From sequence record DRR378314_99: a stretch of DNA of 49,350 nucleotides; one strand, written 5' to 3'. Shown here one piece after another: positions 38,172-48,589 of this stretch. Numbering within the stretch: position 1 is the stretch's first letter; each line of letters begins with the position of its first letter. Both the position numbers and the translations under genes were made by a program. The notes below the pieces were generated by a model. That model ran no database searches. It saw only the letters and a list, made by a program, of their open reading frames with translations, and was not told the DNA's origin.

Positions 38172-38611
38172 GCAAACCATTTCTTGCCGCAGTTGATCTG
38201 GCCCAGCCTGATCGCCATCTCGATGTTTTGAAAACAGCGATGGCGATGGCCAGACTGGGGAACACTAGTTTGGCGGTGGTGACTGTAATCCCGGATTACA
38301 GTTCAAGTTATGTCGGGAGTTTCTTTCCTGAGGACCGCAGCCAAAATGCACTGGAAGAAACCAGAACGGCACTACACAGCTACGTGCGGGAAACTCTGGG
38401 TGACGACAAGTCAATTCAGCATGTTGTCCGCATGGGCTCGGCCTATAAAGAAGTGCTTTTGACGGCCGAAGAGCTGGATGCCAGCATGCTTGTCGTCGGC
38501 GCGCAAGAGCCGGATGTCTTAGACTATCTTGTGGGTCCAAATGCTGCACGAATAGTGCGCCATGCGAATTGTTCGGTACATGTTTGCCGGACTCCGAACC
38601 TGCTCTGGTAA
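38168..38611 (+). CDS. Universal stress protein (TRAP-associated)
   Basis: Motifs AAVDL, LVVGA and GPNAARIVRHANCSV; overlaps the permease stop. Confidence 0.88.
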   Translation: MSKPFLAAVDLAQPDRHLDVLKTAMAMARLGNTSLAVVTVIPDYSSSYVGSFFPEDRSQNALEETRTALHSYVRETLGDDKSIQHVVRMGSAYKEVLLTAEELDASMLVVGAQEPDVLDYLVGPNAARIVRHANCSVHVCRTPNLLW

Positions 38612-38617
38612 AGCTCA

Positions 38618-38836
38618 GTTAATGAGTGCAGGGAAGGCGATGTAGCTGCTACCCGTGACTCAGCCCACGTTAGCGGTGCACCAGCGGACATCGCCATCAA
38701 GATAGTCGAACGTGTACTGGTGCGTCATGCTGGCAAAATGCAAGTAGCCGTCTGTGCAGTGTACAACGCCATGGGTTTGCCCGGTGGATCCCGACGGATA
38801 GAGGGTGAACAGCGGATCTTCGGCGTTCATCTCGGT
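38618..38836 (-). pseudogene. acs: Internal fragment of acetyl-CoA synthetase
   Basis: Minus strand reads [64 protein letters not shown]. This is the decayed AMP-binding signature of Acs; no start or remainder is present. Confidence 0.85.
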
Positions 38837-38999
38837 GTCGGAACCTCTAATTTGCGAGATTGAGATTTCAACAAATTCAGATGCTTAGTGTTTTTAGTTT
38901 CTAGGGTCACGCCCTGAGCAGACAGAGCTGGCTGGTCCAATCTGTCTCAATGAACCTTACGGCTACAATATCTGGCCCTCTAAATGTGGGCGCAGCAGT

Positions 39000-39555
39000 T
39001 TATGTTTTTTCGCGACTTTCCGCAGCCAGTATAGCTTCCACTACAGAGGTTACATCATCCAGATGTTCGTTAATTCGATCTCCTGCAGCCTTTGAGTCAT
39101 CTGAGATTATGGCCTCGCAGATTGCTTCCATATGCACTATTCCGGGTTTTCTTCGGCTGGCGGATGATAGTGGCATTACGCGCAGACGCGCTTATACGTC
39201 TATTTAATCGTTGGGCTATTTCCCGTGCAACATGATGACCCGCACCATTAAAAATTTCAGAATAGAAGTCCGACGTTGCACGGAACACAACACCAGGAGG
39301 ATCGTCCGAAAACGCGTGTTTAATGTTTTTTTATGCTGCTCTTAACGCGTTGGCGCGCTTTGGCGTTATGTTGGGTGCACAAGATTGCGCTGCGGAAGTC
39401 TCCAGGATCCTGCGAATATCATAGATCTGGCGAGCATCCTTGCGGCTTACCTTGGTAACAATAGGGCCACGTCCAGGTAGAATTTCGACCAATCCTTCGG
39501 CCTCGAGATAGCGGATCGTTTCTCGTACAACAGTCCGGCTACCGCCCACCTGCGC
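39000..39555 (-). pseudogene. GntR/FCD regulator pseudogene (5'-truncated)
   Basis: SRTVVRETIRYLEAEGLVEI..GRGPIV...IYDIRRILE, an in-frame TAA at 39331-39333, a continuation FYSEIF..AGH, and a frameshift near 39190. Confidence 0.78.
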
Positions 39556-39638
39556 CTGAGGCCACCGTCCCGATGGACCAAAGGCCAACCATGCACTAGC
39601 TTTCAATTTGGACCACTCAAGTGGGGCAGCTCACTTGC

Positions 39639-39754
39639 AACAAAATCAGTTGATTAGAATTTTGAAATTGTAAGACTCTAGAGTTCATAGTTTTCAAGCT
39701 GGAGAATCGAAAAGCAGCCCATCGTTTAACGCGCAGAGAATCGTCGCGAAGAGC
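39639..39754 (+). repeat. About 115 bp diverged direct repeat, copy 1 (copy 2 at 49052-49166)
   Basis: The copies share AACAAAATCAG, CGAAAAGCAGCCC and an exact 24-mer GCGCAGAGAATCGTCGCGAAGAGC (39731-39754) at nearly identical spacing. Confidence 0.8.
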
Positions 39755-39910
39755 TCATTCTTACCAATGGTGTACGAAGTACGGACAGGTAAGAAGCGCG
39801 CAATGCTGGCAATACAGCGCAGAACTGGTGACTCTAAGCTGTCCTGCGCGCAATCGACGACCAATTACAGTTTGATGGCCAAATAATGATCGCGACACCC
39901 TGCTTCGCCG

Positions 39911-41419
39911 CTAAAACGCCTCCTGCAACAGATCAGAGGGCATATTCTGAAAGCACACAGGCCGTAGAAACCGTCTGATCGACATGGTTCCGACGGAGGT
40001 TGCTCCGAAATTAGTAGAAGCAGGATAGGGCCCTCCGTGAACCATGGTGTCGCTGACCTCAACACCTGTCGGGAAGCCATTTACCAGGATGCGTCCGGCT
40101 TTGCGTTCGAGGATCGGCATCAGCGATTTCGCGGTGTCCATATCACTATCATTCATGTGCAACGTACAGGTCAGTTGTCCCTGAAGCGCGCGAGCGACTT
40201 TGTGCATCTGTTCGATATTGTCCGCGACGACAATTAGACCAAGCGGGCCGAAAACCTCTTCGCCCAATTCTTCGTTAGCCAACCAATGTGCGGCGGTAGT
40301 CTGATAAAGATAGGGCGTCGCATTGCGCTGGTCGCACATAGTGGTCAGCACGTCCTGTACGTTACTGTCGACGGCGATGCGTGCCTGACCATCTCGATAG
40401 GCTGCAGCAATCCCATCGGTCAGCATGGTTTGCGCACCAACCCCACTTAGAGACGCTTTCGTGGCTTGCTTAAACACCTCGACCTGATCTTTTAGGATCA
40501 CGGCAATCCCCGGATTGGTGCAGAATTGCCCTGCGCCCATGGTCAGCGACCCGGCCCAGCCGGTGCCGATTGCCGCGCCGCGCGCCAAAGCGGCTTTGGG
40601 TAGGATAAACATCGGGTTGACAGAGCCGAGTTCACCAAAGAACGGGATCGGTTCGGGGCGTTGCGCGCACAGATCAAACAGCGCGCGACCCCCGGCAAGG
40701 GATCCGGTAAAGCCGACCGCTTTGATCAGCGGATGCTGGACCAGCGCTTGCCCTACGTCACGCTTTCCACCCTGCACCAGAGAAAAGACGCCGGGATGCA
40801 GATTGCTGTTCGCAATCGCGGCGTGGATGGCTTCGGCGACGATTTCGCCCGTGCCGGGATGGGCTGAATGCCCTTTGACCACAACGGGGCAGCCCGCAGC
40901 CAATGCGGCGGCCGTGTCGCCACCCGCTGTCGAGAAGGCCAGCGGAAAGTTCGAGGCGCCGAACACGGCCACCGGGCCAATCGGGCGCTGAATCATCTTG
41001 AGATCCGGGCGCGGCAAAGGCGCGCGTTCTGGCAGCGCTGGGTCATGGCGCAGATCGAGATAATCTCCGGCCAGAATATGTGATGCAAACAGGCGAAGCT
41101 GACCCGTGGTTCGGCCACGTTCACCTTGCAGGCGGCCCTCTGGCAGGCCAGTTTCCTGCGTACCTATTTCGGTGATGGCTTCTGAGCGTGCTTCAATTTC
41201 ATCAGCGATGCCATTTAGGAATGACGCGCGCTCTTCCCGGCTTGAGTAGCCGAAAGACCAGAACGCCTCTTCTGCGGCTTGAACCGCTGCATCCACATGT
41301 TCTGGCGTACCTACCGAAAAGGTATGCGACGGACCTGTGGTGGGATCAGAGGTAAAGCTGGTTTCACCCGCAACCCACAGGCCGGCAATCAAGTGTTTTC
41401 CGTGAGGTTCAAATGTCAT
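39911..41419 (-). CDS. NADP-type aldehyde dehydrogenase, alpha-ketoglutaric semialdehyde (2,5-dioxopentanoate) dehydrogenase-like
   Basis: Motifs ERGRTTGQLRLF, FGASNFPLAFS, GELGSVNP, GQFCTNPG and HGGPYPA. Start at ATG 41419. Confidence 0.9.
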   Translation of the reverse strand: MTFEPHGKHLIAGLWVAGETSFTSDPTTGPSHTFSVGTPEHVDAAVQAAEEAFWSFGYSSREERASFLNGIADEIEARSEAITEIGTQETGLPEGRLQGERGRTTGQLRLFASHILAGDYLDLRHDPALPERAPLPRPDLKMIQRPIGPVAVFGASNFPLAFSTAGGDTAAALAAGCPVVVKGHSAHPGTGEIVAEAIHAAIANSNLHPGVFSLVQGGKRDVGQALVQHPLIKAVGFTGSLAGGRALFDLCAQRPEPIPFFGELGSVNPMFILPKAALARGAAIGTGWAGSLTMGAGQFCTNPGIAVILKDQVEVFKQATKASLSGVGAQTMLTDGIAAAYRDGQARIAVDSNVQDVLTTMCDQRNATPYLYQTTAAHWLANEELGEEVFGPLGLIVVADNIEQMHKVARALQGQLTCTLHMNDSDMDTAKSLMPILERKAGRILVNGFPTGVEVSDTMVHGGPYPASTNFGATSVGTMSIRRFLRPVCFQNMPSDLLQEAF

Positions 41420-41423
41420 TTTC

Positions 41424-42419
41424 TTACGAGTCCCAATTTGTGACCATGTCACATGCGATATCAAATGCGGCGCGCGTTGCTCCGACGTCGGCAAGGCCTT
41501 GCCCTGCGATGTCGAAGGCCGTGCCATGCGCGGGGGTTGAAACAGGGAAAGGCAAGCCACCCTGAACGGTCACGCCACGTTCAAACCCCAACAGTTTCAA
41601 GGCGATTTGCCCCTGATCGTGATACATGGTCACTACTGCGTCGATCTCTTTGGCCACTGCCTTGAGAAAAACCGTATCCGACGGCCAGGGTCCATCAATT
41701 GACATCTGACCACCCGCCAGCTTTTTCACTGTGGGTTCAAGAATATCGATCTCTTCGGTGCCAAAGTTCCCGCAATCTCCGGCATGCGGATTGATCGCCG
41801 CCACGGAAATCCGTGGGCGTGCTATGCCGGAGCGTCGCAGAACGTTGTGGATCAGATTAACGGCTTCGGTAACGCGCCTTTCGCTGATCGAGTCGGCGAC
41901 TTCGCGCAGAGGAATGTGGCTTGTTACACGGCTGGTCCACATGCCGTCCAGTGTGTTCAATTCTGAGATGTAATTGGTTACACCCAGCTTTTCCGCCATG
42001 TAGTGTAGCTCGTCATCATGTCCAAGACCGGCCAGATGCATTGCGGCTTTGTTGAAGGGGCCAAAGACAATAGCATCGATCACGCCTGATTTCACGAACT
42101 CAAGCGCCTGATCCAGTGTATTCAAGACCGAAGCCCCTCCAGCTCTGGTCACTTCGGCCAAACGCACATCGTCAGAGGCAATCGTTTCCATTTCATGCAA
42201 TGCAAATCCCGGCGTGTTGACCCAACCGTCTTCAACGTCGACAGGGGTTATCTCGCAGGTGCAATCTGCAACAGCTTGCCCCGCCTGAAACACATGCATA
42301 TCCCCAATCAAAAGGATGTCCGCTGCGTCAGCTACACCGTCGGAAGTCAGAAGGCGGGCGATCAGTTCGGGCCCGATGCCGCTGGGATCACCGGGGATAA
42401 TGCCAATTTTCGGTTTCAT
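41424..42419 (-). CDS. PdxA-family NAD-dependent dehydrogenase/decarboxylase
   Basis: Motifs GDPSGIGPE, PFNK, TSHIPL, NPHAG, MYHDQG and PAHGTAFDIAG. Confidence 0.9.
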   Translation of the reverse strand: MKPKIGIIPGDPSGIGPELIARLLTSDGVADAADILLIGDMHVFQAGQAVADCTCEITPVDVEDGWVNTPGFALHEMETIASDDVRLAEVTRAGGASVLNTLDQALEFVKSGVIDAIVFGPFNKAAMHLAGLGHDDELHYMAEKLGVTNYISELNTLDGMWTSRVTSHIPLREVADSISERRVTEAVNLIHNVLRRSGIARPRISVAAINPHAGDCGNFGTEEIDILEPTVKKLAGGQMSIDGPWPSDTVFLKAVAKEIDAVVTMYHDQGQIALKLLGFERGVTVQGGLPFPVSTPAHGTAFDIAGQGLADVGATRAAFDIACDMVTNWDS

Positions 42420-42421
42420 GT

Positions 42422-43132
42422 TCAGTCCTTAAGTTCTGCCTGATTCTGGTGGGCGTGGAATCGGGCAATGTTCTCGATTGTGCTGTTCAGGTGGGAGCGT
42501 AGAGCGCGGCGAGTAGCTGCCGCGTCGCGAACCTGCAGTGCGTCGGTGATTTCGGCGTGCTGCGCCAGAGTATTGTCGCGCCGATCAACCTGCTGCGACG
42601 ACAGAAATCGTGCGCGCCACAGCCGGGCATTATACTGGCGGTGTGTTTCAATCAGAGGGTCATTACGGCTGGCTTCAACGATGGCTGCATGGAACTCCAT
42701 GTCCAATTGAAAGAATTCCAGCGGCTCGAGTTCGTCCGACCCTTCGGCCATACTTGCTCCAAGGTGAACAATTTCGGCGATTTCTGCCATGGTTGCCTGC
42801 CCACAAGCCGCTTCCCCTGCAAGTGCCTCAAGCGCCCCCAGCACTGAGATATACTGGGTCAGCTCATGCAAAGACGGGTCAGCGACATGTGGCCGGCGGG
42901 TGGCAGTGTATTCAACAAGTCCCTCGACCTCCAACAATCGCAGCGCCTCGCGCAGAGGTGTCCGGGACACCCCCAAGGCTTCGGCCAGATCGCGTTCGGG
43001 AATAGCGGTACCCGGCTCTAACCGGCCCAGCAGAATGAATTCGCGAAGATTGTCGGCAGCTTCCTCCGCAAGCGTGCGACGGGGGCGAACAGCACCCTGT
43101 TCTTTTAGTGTATCTAGCCAGCTCTCACTCAA
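42422..43132 (-). CDS. GntR-family (FCD) transcriptional regulator
   Basis: Motifs ERDLAEALGVSRTPLREAL, DMEFH and H..I..AL. Confidence 0.92.
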   Translation of the reverse strand: MSESWLDTLKEQGAVRPRRTLAEEAADNLREFILLGRLEPGTAIPERDLAEALGVSRTPLREALRLLEVEGLVEYTATRRPHVADPSLHELTQYISVLGALEALAGEAACGQATMAEIAEIVHLGASMAEGSDELEPLEFFQLDMEFHAAIVEASRNDPLIETHRQYNARLWRARFLSSQQVDRRDNTLAQHAEITDALQVRDAAATRRALRSHLNSTIENIARFHAHQNQAELKD

Positions 43133-43133
43133 A

Positions 43134-44048
43134 TCACTTCCCCCATTTCAGGACCATCGGGTCCAGAGGTTTTAACAGGTCTATCAACCGTTTGCGGACA
43201 GCGGGATGCAGAGGATGGATCGGATGACGGCAAAATTCCGACTTGATCACTCCGCCGTCGACCATCGCAGCCTTGCAAGATTGCCAACCACATTGACGGT
43301 TCTCATGATTGATTGCCATCGCGACACGGCCATAAGCCGCCGTGGCCTCATCAATGCGCCCGGCAAAGTGGTGCGTCAATACTGGTTTGATCTGGTCGAC
43401 AATCATGCCCGAGGTCATAGAACCGGTCGCGCCAGCGTCAAGATCAGCCAGCAAAGTAATGGCTTCTTCACCGTCAAATGGCGCTTCAATGGCGTCGCCA
43501 CCCTGTTCGACCAGCGCTCGGATCTTGTTGGCGGCACGCGGGCATTCGATCTTGAACAGCTTTATCGCCTCGATCTCTTTGGCCATGCGCACGAGCAGAG
43601 GTACGGGCAGGTCAACTCCCGAAAGCGGTGCGTCCTGCACCATTATCGGGATGCCCACCTCGCCTACGGCTGCGAATTGTTCAAAGCTCTGCTCGGGCGT
43701 GCCCTTCAGCAGCGCCCCGTGATAAGGCGGCATCATCATTACGACGTCGGCGCCCAAATCCTTGGCAAACTGCGCGCGTTCCACGGCGATTTGTGTGGCA
43801 TAGTGGCTGATCGTGACAATGATCGGCACACAGCCCGCGATATGTTCGACCGACAGCCGCGCCAGAACTTCACGTTCCGCATCGGAAATCAGGAATTGTT
43901 CCGAGAAATTTGCCAGAATGCAGATCCCGTCCGCCCCCTGATCGATCAGGCAGTCGAGCACACGCTTCATACCCTCAAGATCAAGCGTTCCGTCATCGTT
44001 GAACGGGGTCGGTGCGACGGGCCAGATACCGGTATGTTGACTGCTCAT
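43134..44048 (-). CDS. DHDPS-family enzyme, L-2-keto-3-deoxyarabonate (2-keto-3-deoxy-L-lyxonate) dehydratase-like
   Basis: Motifs [21 protein letters not shown], Schiff-base [16 protein letters not shown] and INHENRQ match, from memory, Azospirillum AraD. Confidence 0.82.
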   Translation of the reverse strand: MSSQHTGIWPVAPTPFNDDGTLDLEGMKRVLDCLIDQGADGICILANFSEQFLISDAEREVLARLSVEHIAGCVPIIVTISHYATQIAVERAQFAKDLGADVVMMMPPYHGALLKGTPEQSFEQFAAVGEVGIPIMVQDAPLSGVDLPVPLLVRMAKEIEAIKLFKIECPRAANKIRALVEQGGDAIEAPFDGEEAITLLADLDAGATGSMTSGMIVDQIKPVLTHHFAGRIDEATAAYGRVAMAINHENRQCGWQSCKAAMVDGGVIKSEFCRHPIHPLHPAVRKRLIDLLKPLDPMVLKWGK

Positions 44049-45220
44049 TCCACCACCTCGAAATCGTTCAGGTACTTGTCCGTGATCTCGATCCCGAGGC
44101 CCGGTTTGCTGTCATCCAGATCCAGATAGCCGTCGACCGCACCCGGGTCGCCTTCGAAGATGTAATAGAACAGCTCATTACCCACTTCGACGTCAAAGAC
44201 CGGAAAATATTCGCTGATCATGCAGTTCGCATTGGCCATGGTCAGGTGATAGTTATGCATCTGTCCGGCATGGGGGATCACTGGCACCTGAAAGGCCTCG
44301 GCAATGGCGTTAATCTTTTGCGCTGCTGTGATGCCACCCACCCGGTTGGTGTCATATTGCAGAACGCTGATGGCTTTTTTTTCGATCAGATCCTTGCAGC
44401 CAATGACCGAGAATTCGTGCTCGCCACCCGAGATTGGCACAATATTCATGGCATTCAACTCGCGATAACCTTCGACATCGTCAGCGATCACTGGCTCTTC
44501 CAGCCAGCGTGGTTCATACTTGGCCAACATTGGTAGAATCCGCTTTGTGTAGTCGAGATTCCAGCCCTGATAGCATTCCAGCATCAGGTCCACGTCATAG
44601 CCGACAACTTCGCGTACTGCTTCGACACGTTTCAGGTTCTCGCGCATTCCGGCCATGCCGTCCTTGGGTCCCCAGCCAAACCGCATCTTGTAGCCTTGAT
44701 ACTTGTTCTTCTTGGCTTCCTCAGCTTCGGCTTGCATCGATTCAATGGAACCGGAATAGAGCTTGGAGTAGTAAACCGGGATTTTCTCTTTGGTGCGCCC
44801 GCCAAGCAACTTGAATACAGGCTTATTCGTCAGCTTGCCCATAAGATCCCAGACCGCGAGGTCAATCGCCGATATGGCTGTCATGCCAACACCTTTGCGA
44901 CCCCAGGCATGTGAGCGGCGGTACATTTTTTCCCAGAGATAGGCATAGTCGAACGGATCTTCGCCAATCACCATCGGCGCGAACCATTCATCGATTGCTG
45001 ACTTAACGACATTTGGCGCAAGAGCGGCGTTGCCAATCCCAATTGTGCCATCTTCGGTTTCGACCTCACAGGTCAGCCATTGATGAAATCGGAAGGACGA
45101 CATCGCATCGCCTTTTTCCCACAAGACATCGCTAGCGTTTGTGCAGAAATTTCCGGTTGGCGGGACGGTTTTGCCCTTCCAGTTCCAAACACGGGTGCGG
45201 ACGGATTTGATCTTGGTCAT
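44045..45220 (-). CDS. Enolase-superfamily sugar-acid dehydratase (L-rhamnonate/L-lyxonate dehydratase-like)
   Basis: Motifs [42 protein letters not shown] and PHAG. Confidence 0.85.
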   Translation of the reverse strand: MTKIKSVRTRVWNWKGKTVPPTGNFCTNASDVLWEKGDAMSSFRFHQWLTCEVETEDGTIGIGNAALAPNVVKSAIDEWFAPMVIGEDPFDYAYLWEKMYRRSHAWGRKGVGMTAISAIDLAVWDLMGKLTNKPVFKLLGGRTKEKIPVYYSKLYSGSIESMQAEAEEAKKNKYQGYKMRFGWGPKDGMAGMRENLKRVEAVREVVGYDVDLMLECYQGWNLDYTKRILPMLAKYEPRWLEEPVIADDVEGYRELNAMNIVPISGGEHEFSVIGCKDLIEKKAISVLQYDTNRVGGITAAQKINAIAEAFQVPVIPHAGQMHNYHLTMANANCMISEYFPVFDVEVGNELFYYIFEGDPGAVDGYLDLDDSKPGLGIEITDKYLNDFEVVE

Positions 45221-45222
45221 TA

Positions 45223-46722
45223 TTATTCTCCGGTCGACTCAAGCGGCGAGCGTTGTTTGAAAAGGCGTCCCCAGACCATTGGGCCAAACAAAGCCAGAAC
45301 GGTGAGAACAAAGAAAAAGAGCGTCAGGGGGCGGGTCAGCATCAACCACCATTTCTCGTCAAGCATGACCATGGACTGCCCCAAACGGGTTTCAAGCATA
45401 CCGCCCAGGATCAGACCGATGGCCATGGGCACAACCGAGAATCCGTGTCGGCGCATGAAGAACCCGAGGATGCCCGAGCCGATAGCGATCCAGACGTCTA
45501 TCATCGACTGTTCCAACGCATACGCCCCGACAATCGAGAAGATAAAGACGATCGGCCACAAGACCTGAATCGGGATCAGAGTAACGCGGGCAAAGACTTT
45601 GGCTCCCCAGAGACCGATGAAGAAAAAGATCACGTTGACCAACATCATCGACCAGAAGATTGCGAATGCAAAATCCGCCTGCTCGGTGAACATAGTTGGT
45701 CCGGGGCGCAGCCCGTGCACCATAAGACCTGCCAGAATGACAGCCGCTGTCGGGCTGCCAGGTATGCCCAACGCAAGGGTTGGCACCATCGCACCACCAG
45801 TGGCCGAGTTATTGGCGGCCTCTGAACCAGCGATGCCTTCCAGCGAGCCCTTACCGAACTCTTCAGGATTTTTCGACCAGCGCTTGGCTTCATTATAACC
45901 AATCATTGAGGCGACTGTTGCACCTTCGGCTGGCAGAATGCCGATGAACGTACCAATACCCGAAGACCGCAGAATGGTTTTCCAGACGCGTTTGTAATCT
46001 TCTCGGCTAGGCAGCTTTATTGCCTTCATAATCACCTGTTTGCGTTCCACATGCAGGTTATCGGCCTGAACGAGCAATTCGCTGATTCCAAAGACGCCGA
46101 TCATGACAGGTACGAAAGGAATACCTTCGCTGAGCTCATTCATGCCAAAAGTGAAGCGTTCGATTGAAGTGAGCAGGTCGATGCCAACCGTCGCGATCAG
46201 AACACCAAATGCACCGGACAGGATGTTTTTGACAGGCGAACCGTCACCAATGGTGGCCAGCATTGACAGGCCAAACACGGTCAAAGCAAAATACTCGGGC
46301 GGCGCAAAGTTGTAAGCCGCGCGCGCCATCAGAGGGGCAGCGGCCATCAGGCAAACCACGGAAATGATTCCGCCAATGGTCGATGAAACAGCGGCCATGC
46401 CCAGTGCCCGCCCCGCTTCACCTCTTTGGGCCAAAGGATATCCGTCAAGGCAGGTAGTGGCGCTCGCAGATGTACCCGGGGTGTTAATGAGAATGGCCGT
46501 TATCGCGCCCGCAAACGTGGCGGCGCAGTAGATCGTTGTCAGGATGGCAATCGCCGGGACCGGGTCCATGGTGATTGTAAAGGGCAACAAAAGAGCGACG
46601 CCTGTGGTAGCGTTAAGGCCCGGAAGGGCTCCGACAAGCACGCCACCAAGTGTGGCGGCAAAGATCAACACTAGAAGGTGAGGGTCGGCCAATGCCATAA
46701 GTCCGTTAAGTGCGGCTTCCAT
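45223..46722 (-). CDS. tctA: Tripartite tricarboxylate transporter large permease
   Basis: Motifs GALPGL, ILINTPG, DGYPLA, EAANN and LGIPGS. Confidence 0.93.
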   Translation of the reverse strand: MEAALNGLMALADPHLLVLIFAATLGGVLVGALPGLNATTGVALLLPFTITMDPVPAIAILTTIYCAATFAGAITAILINTPGTSASATTCLDGYPLAQRGEAGRALGMAAVSSTIGGIISVVCLMAAAPLMARAAYNFAPPEYFALTVFGLSMLATIGDGSPVKNILSGAFGVLIATVGIDLLTSIERFTFGMNELSEGIPFVPVMIGVFGISELLVQADNLHVERKQVIMKAIKLPSREDYKRVWKTILRSSGIGTFIGILPAEGATVASMIGYNEAKRWSKNPEEFGKGSLEGIAGSEAANNSATGGAMVPTLALGIPGSPTAAVILAGLMVHGLRPGPTMFTEQADFAFAIFWSMMLVNVIFFFIGLWGAKVFARVTLIPIQVLWPIVFIFSIVGAYALEQSMIDVWIAIGSGILGFFMRRHGFSVVPMAIGLILGGMLETRLGQSMVMLDEKWWLMLTRPLTLFFFVLTVLALFGPMVWGRLFKQRSPLESTGE

Positions 46723-46727
46723 GATCT

Positions 46728-47210
46728 TTATCCGTACCAGAGGTTAGTGAGCAGGCCGCGTGGGAAGCGGACTTCGAAAATGCCGTCAAACAGAAAAAAG
46801 ACAGCGACTGGGGCGATAATCCCGACAAGGATGATGGCCCATGCGCGCCGCTCTCCCCAAAGGGCGGTCAGTGATGCGGCGAACATGCCTAGAGCTAGAA
46901 ACAGGTCGACTTCCGAGATGAGCAGAAAGCCGATCAGGAGGCCCATGGTCATCTGGACCTTTTTTGTCATGCGCTCTGGTGCATCGCCTTTGTCGCAAAA
47001 TAACAACCAGACCGACAACATGATGATCAGTCCAATTACAAGCTGCGGGAAATCCGAGGGTTGCATGCCCCGCTTGAGAATAGGTGGAACACGTTCAAAC
47101 TGCGTTGACAGCCAAAAGGCCCAAACACAAAAAACAATGATCCCCAAAGGGACAGCATAACGGGATATGTCGCGGCGGCGGGTATTTGTTGTGTCAGGGG
47201 CGTTTTGCAT
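46728..47210 (-). CDS. tctB: Tripartite tricarboxylate transporter small permease
   Basis: Four hydrophobic segments, P..FP and C-terminal VRFPRG; lies between tctC and tctA. Start at ATG 47210. Confidence 0.82.
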   Translation of the reverse strand: MQNAPDTTNTRRRDISRYAVPLGIIVFCVWAFWLSTQFERVPPILKRGMQPSDFPQLVIGLIIMLSVWLLFCDKGDAPERMTKKVQMTMGLLIGFLLISEVDLFLALGMFAASLTALWGERRAWAIILVGIIAPVAVFFLFDGIFEVRFPRGLLTNLWYG

Positions 47211-47277
47211 TTGAAAGCACTCTTGAAAATAAAAGGTCAGTGCGACGACATTTCTGCCGCCGCACCTGATGTTCAAG

Positions 47278-48228
47278 TTAATCGATGAAACCAAGCTCTT
47301 TCAGAGCTGATTCCATGTTAGTGACCATCGTTGTGATTTGATTGCCCCACTCTTCAGAACCGACAACCGAAGTGCTGTCGAGGCCAACTGATTCCAGGAA
47401 GCCCTGGTAAACGCCGTGGTTCATCGCATTCATAAGGGACACTTCGATTTTTTCGGCGACGTCATCCGGAGTGTCTTTGTGAACTACAAATCCGCGAACG
47501 GTCGAAAAGCTAACGTCGATGCCCATTTCCTTGGCTGTTGAAACGTCAGGCAAACCCGCCATACGTTCGTTGGCCAGAACAACGATCGGGCAAACATCGC
47601 CTGCATCAATTTGTGAACCAGCCTCGGCCAGGTTCAGAACAGCTGCATCAACCGCACCGGCAACCAGTTGTGTCGCCAGTTCGCCGCCACCATCAAAAGG
47701 GACGATTTTCGGAGTCTGCATGCCACCTTTTTTGGTGAACATAAACGCAGATACGTCATCGATGTTACCAAGATGCGTCGTACCATAGCTGATTGGCGCT
47801 TCTTTCTGTGCGGCAACGAAAGCGGCGGCATCAGCATATGCGCCACATTTGACCATCAGGATCTGCGGGTCATCCGTTCCGCGCGCAATGGGGCGGATAT
47901 CATCCAAGGTCATCTCGGTTTTACCCTTGGCGACGGTAGCCGCGTGGCCGATGGTGAATGTCAGGATCGAATATCCATCCGCAGGTACGGTCAGATAGTG
48001 ATCCATGGCAACCGCACCGCCGCCGCCTTTTTTGTTGACGACAACCATATCGGTGCCCAGTTCGCGACGTGCGCGCAGCATCATCATACGCGTGGTGACA
48101 TCAGTGCCGCCGCCGTTGCCGGCATGAGTCACGACTTCAATGGTTTTCGATGGGTATTCATCAGCTCCGGCAACTGAACCTGTCAGTGCCATTGCTGCAA
48201 CCGATACGGTGGCAAGGAACTTTTTCAT
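47278..48228 (-). CDS. tctC: Tripartite tricarboxylate transporter substrate-binding protein (Bug family)
   Basis: Signal peptide; motifs YPSK.I, GGGTD, NKKGGGG, DGY, PFDGG and PDV.T..E.G; AGGAGG RBS. Confidence 0.92.
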   Translation of the reverse strand: MKKFLATVSVAAMALTGSVAGADEYPSKTIEVVTHAGNGGGTDVTTRMMMLRARRELGTDMVVVNKKGGGGAVAMDHYLTVPADGYSILTFTIGHAATVAKGKTEMTLDDIRPIARGTDDPQILMVKCGAYADAAAFVAAQKEAPISYGTTHLGNIDDVSAFMFTKKGGMQTPKIVPFDGGGELATQLVAGAVDAAVLNLAEAGSQIDAGDVCPIVVLANERMAGLPDVSTAKEMGIDVSFSTVRGFVVHKDTPDDVAEKIEVSLMNAMNHGVYQGFLESVGLDSTSVVGSEEWGNQITTMVTNMESALKELGFID

Positions 48229-48310
48229 TTTATCCTCCTAGGGTTTCGAACCGGCACTCCTCATCGACCGATTCGCAATCTCACAAGACTGATCTAACAG
48301 GTATTTGGTG

Positions 48311-48324
48311 TTTGGTATACCAAA
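48311..48324. promoter_or_regulatory. Palindrome TTTGGTATACCAAA, probable GntR operator
   Basis: Perfect 14 bp inverted repeat of the GntR/FadR TGGT-N-ACCA type, about 85 bp upstream of tctC; the operon contains a gntR. Confidence 0.7.
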
Positions 48325-48589
48325 TAATTGCAGGAGACTAACATCGTTAAGCAATCGAGGCCCGCCGAAGGCCACCGTCCGAATTTTTCGCAATAGACGA
48401 AATGTCGGGTAGCCGTCATTGGCGCATGTGCAGCGAAAGGACGGTTTGGAATTGCGCCCTCAGATCGGCTTTTAATGACTGCTCTGACGACATCGGCTGC
48501 ATCGCAGCGGCCAACCTGCTGCACTTGCGAGCATATACTGCGTCGCCGAGTCAGAAACGGCCGCAAAGTCTGCGCCTATCAAGTTCAGG

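Noticed and set aside
41424-42419. Calling this gene pdxA for vitamin B6 synthesis
   Set aside because: It sits in a catabolic operon rather than the usual surA-pdxA-rsmA context, so the symbol was withheld.
43206-44129. 307 aa plus-strand ORF
   Set aside because: Antisense to the DHDPS-family gene.
39559-48380. 12 bp match AGGCCACCGTCC at 39559-39570 and 48369-48380 as a possible target duplication or IS end
   Set aside because: Its position at the gntR truncation point is suggestive, but a 12-mer match is expected by chance in 49 kb and there is no supporting inverted partner.
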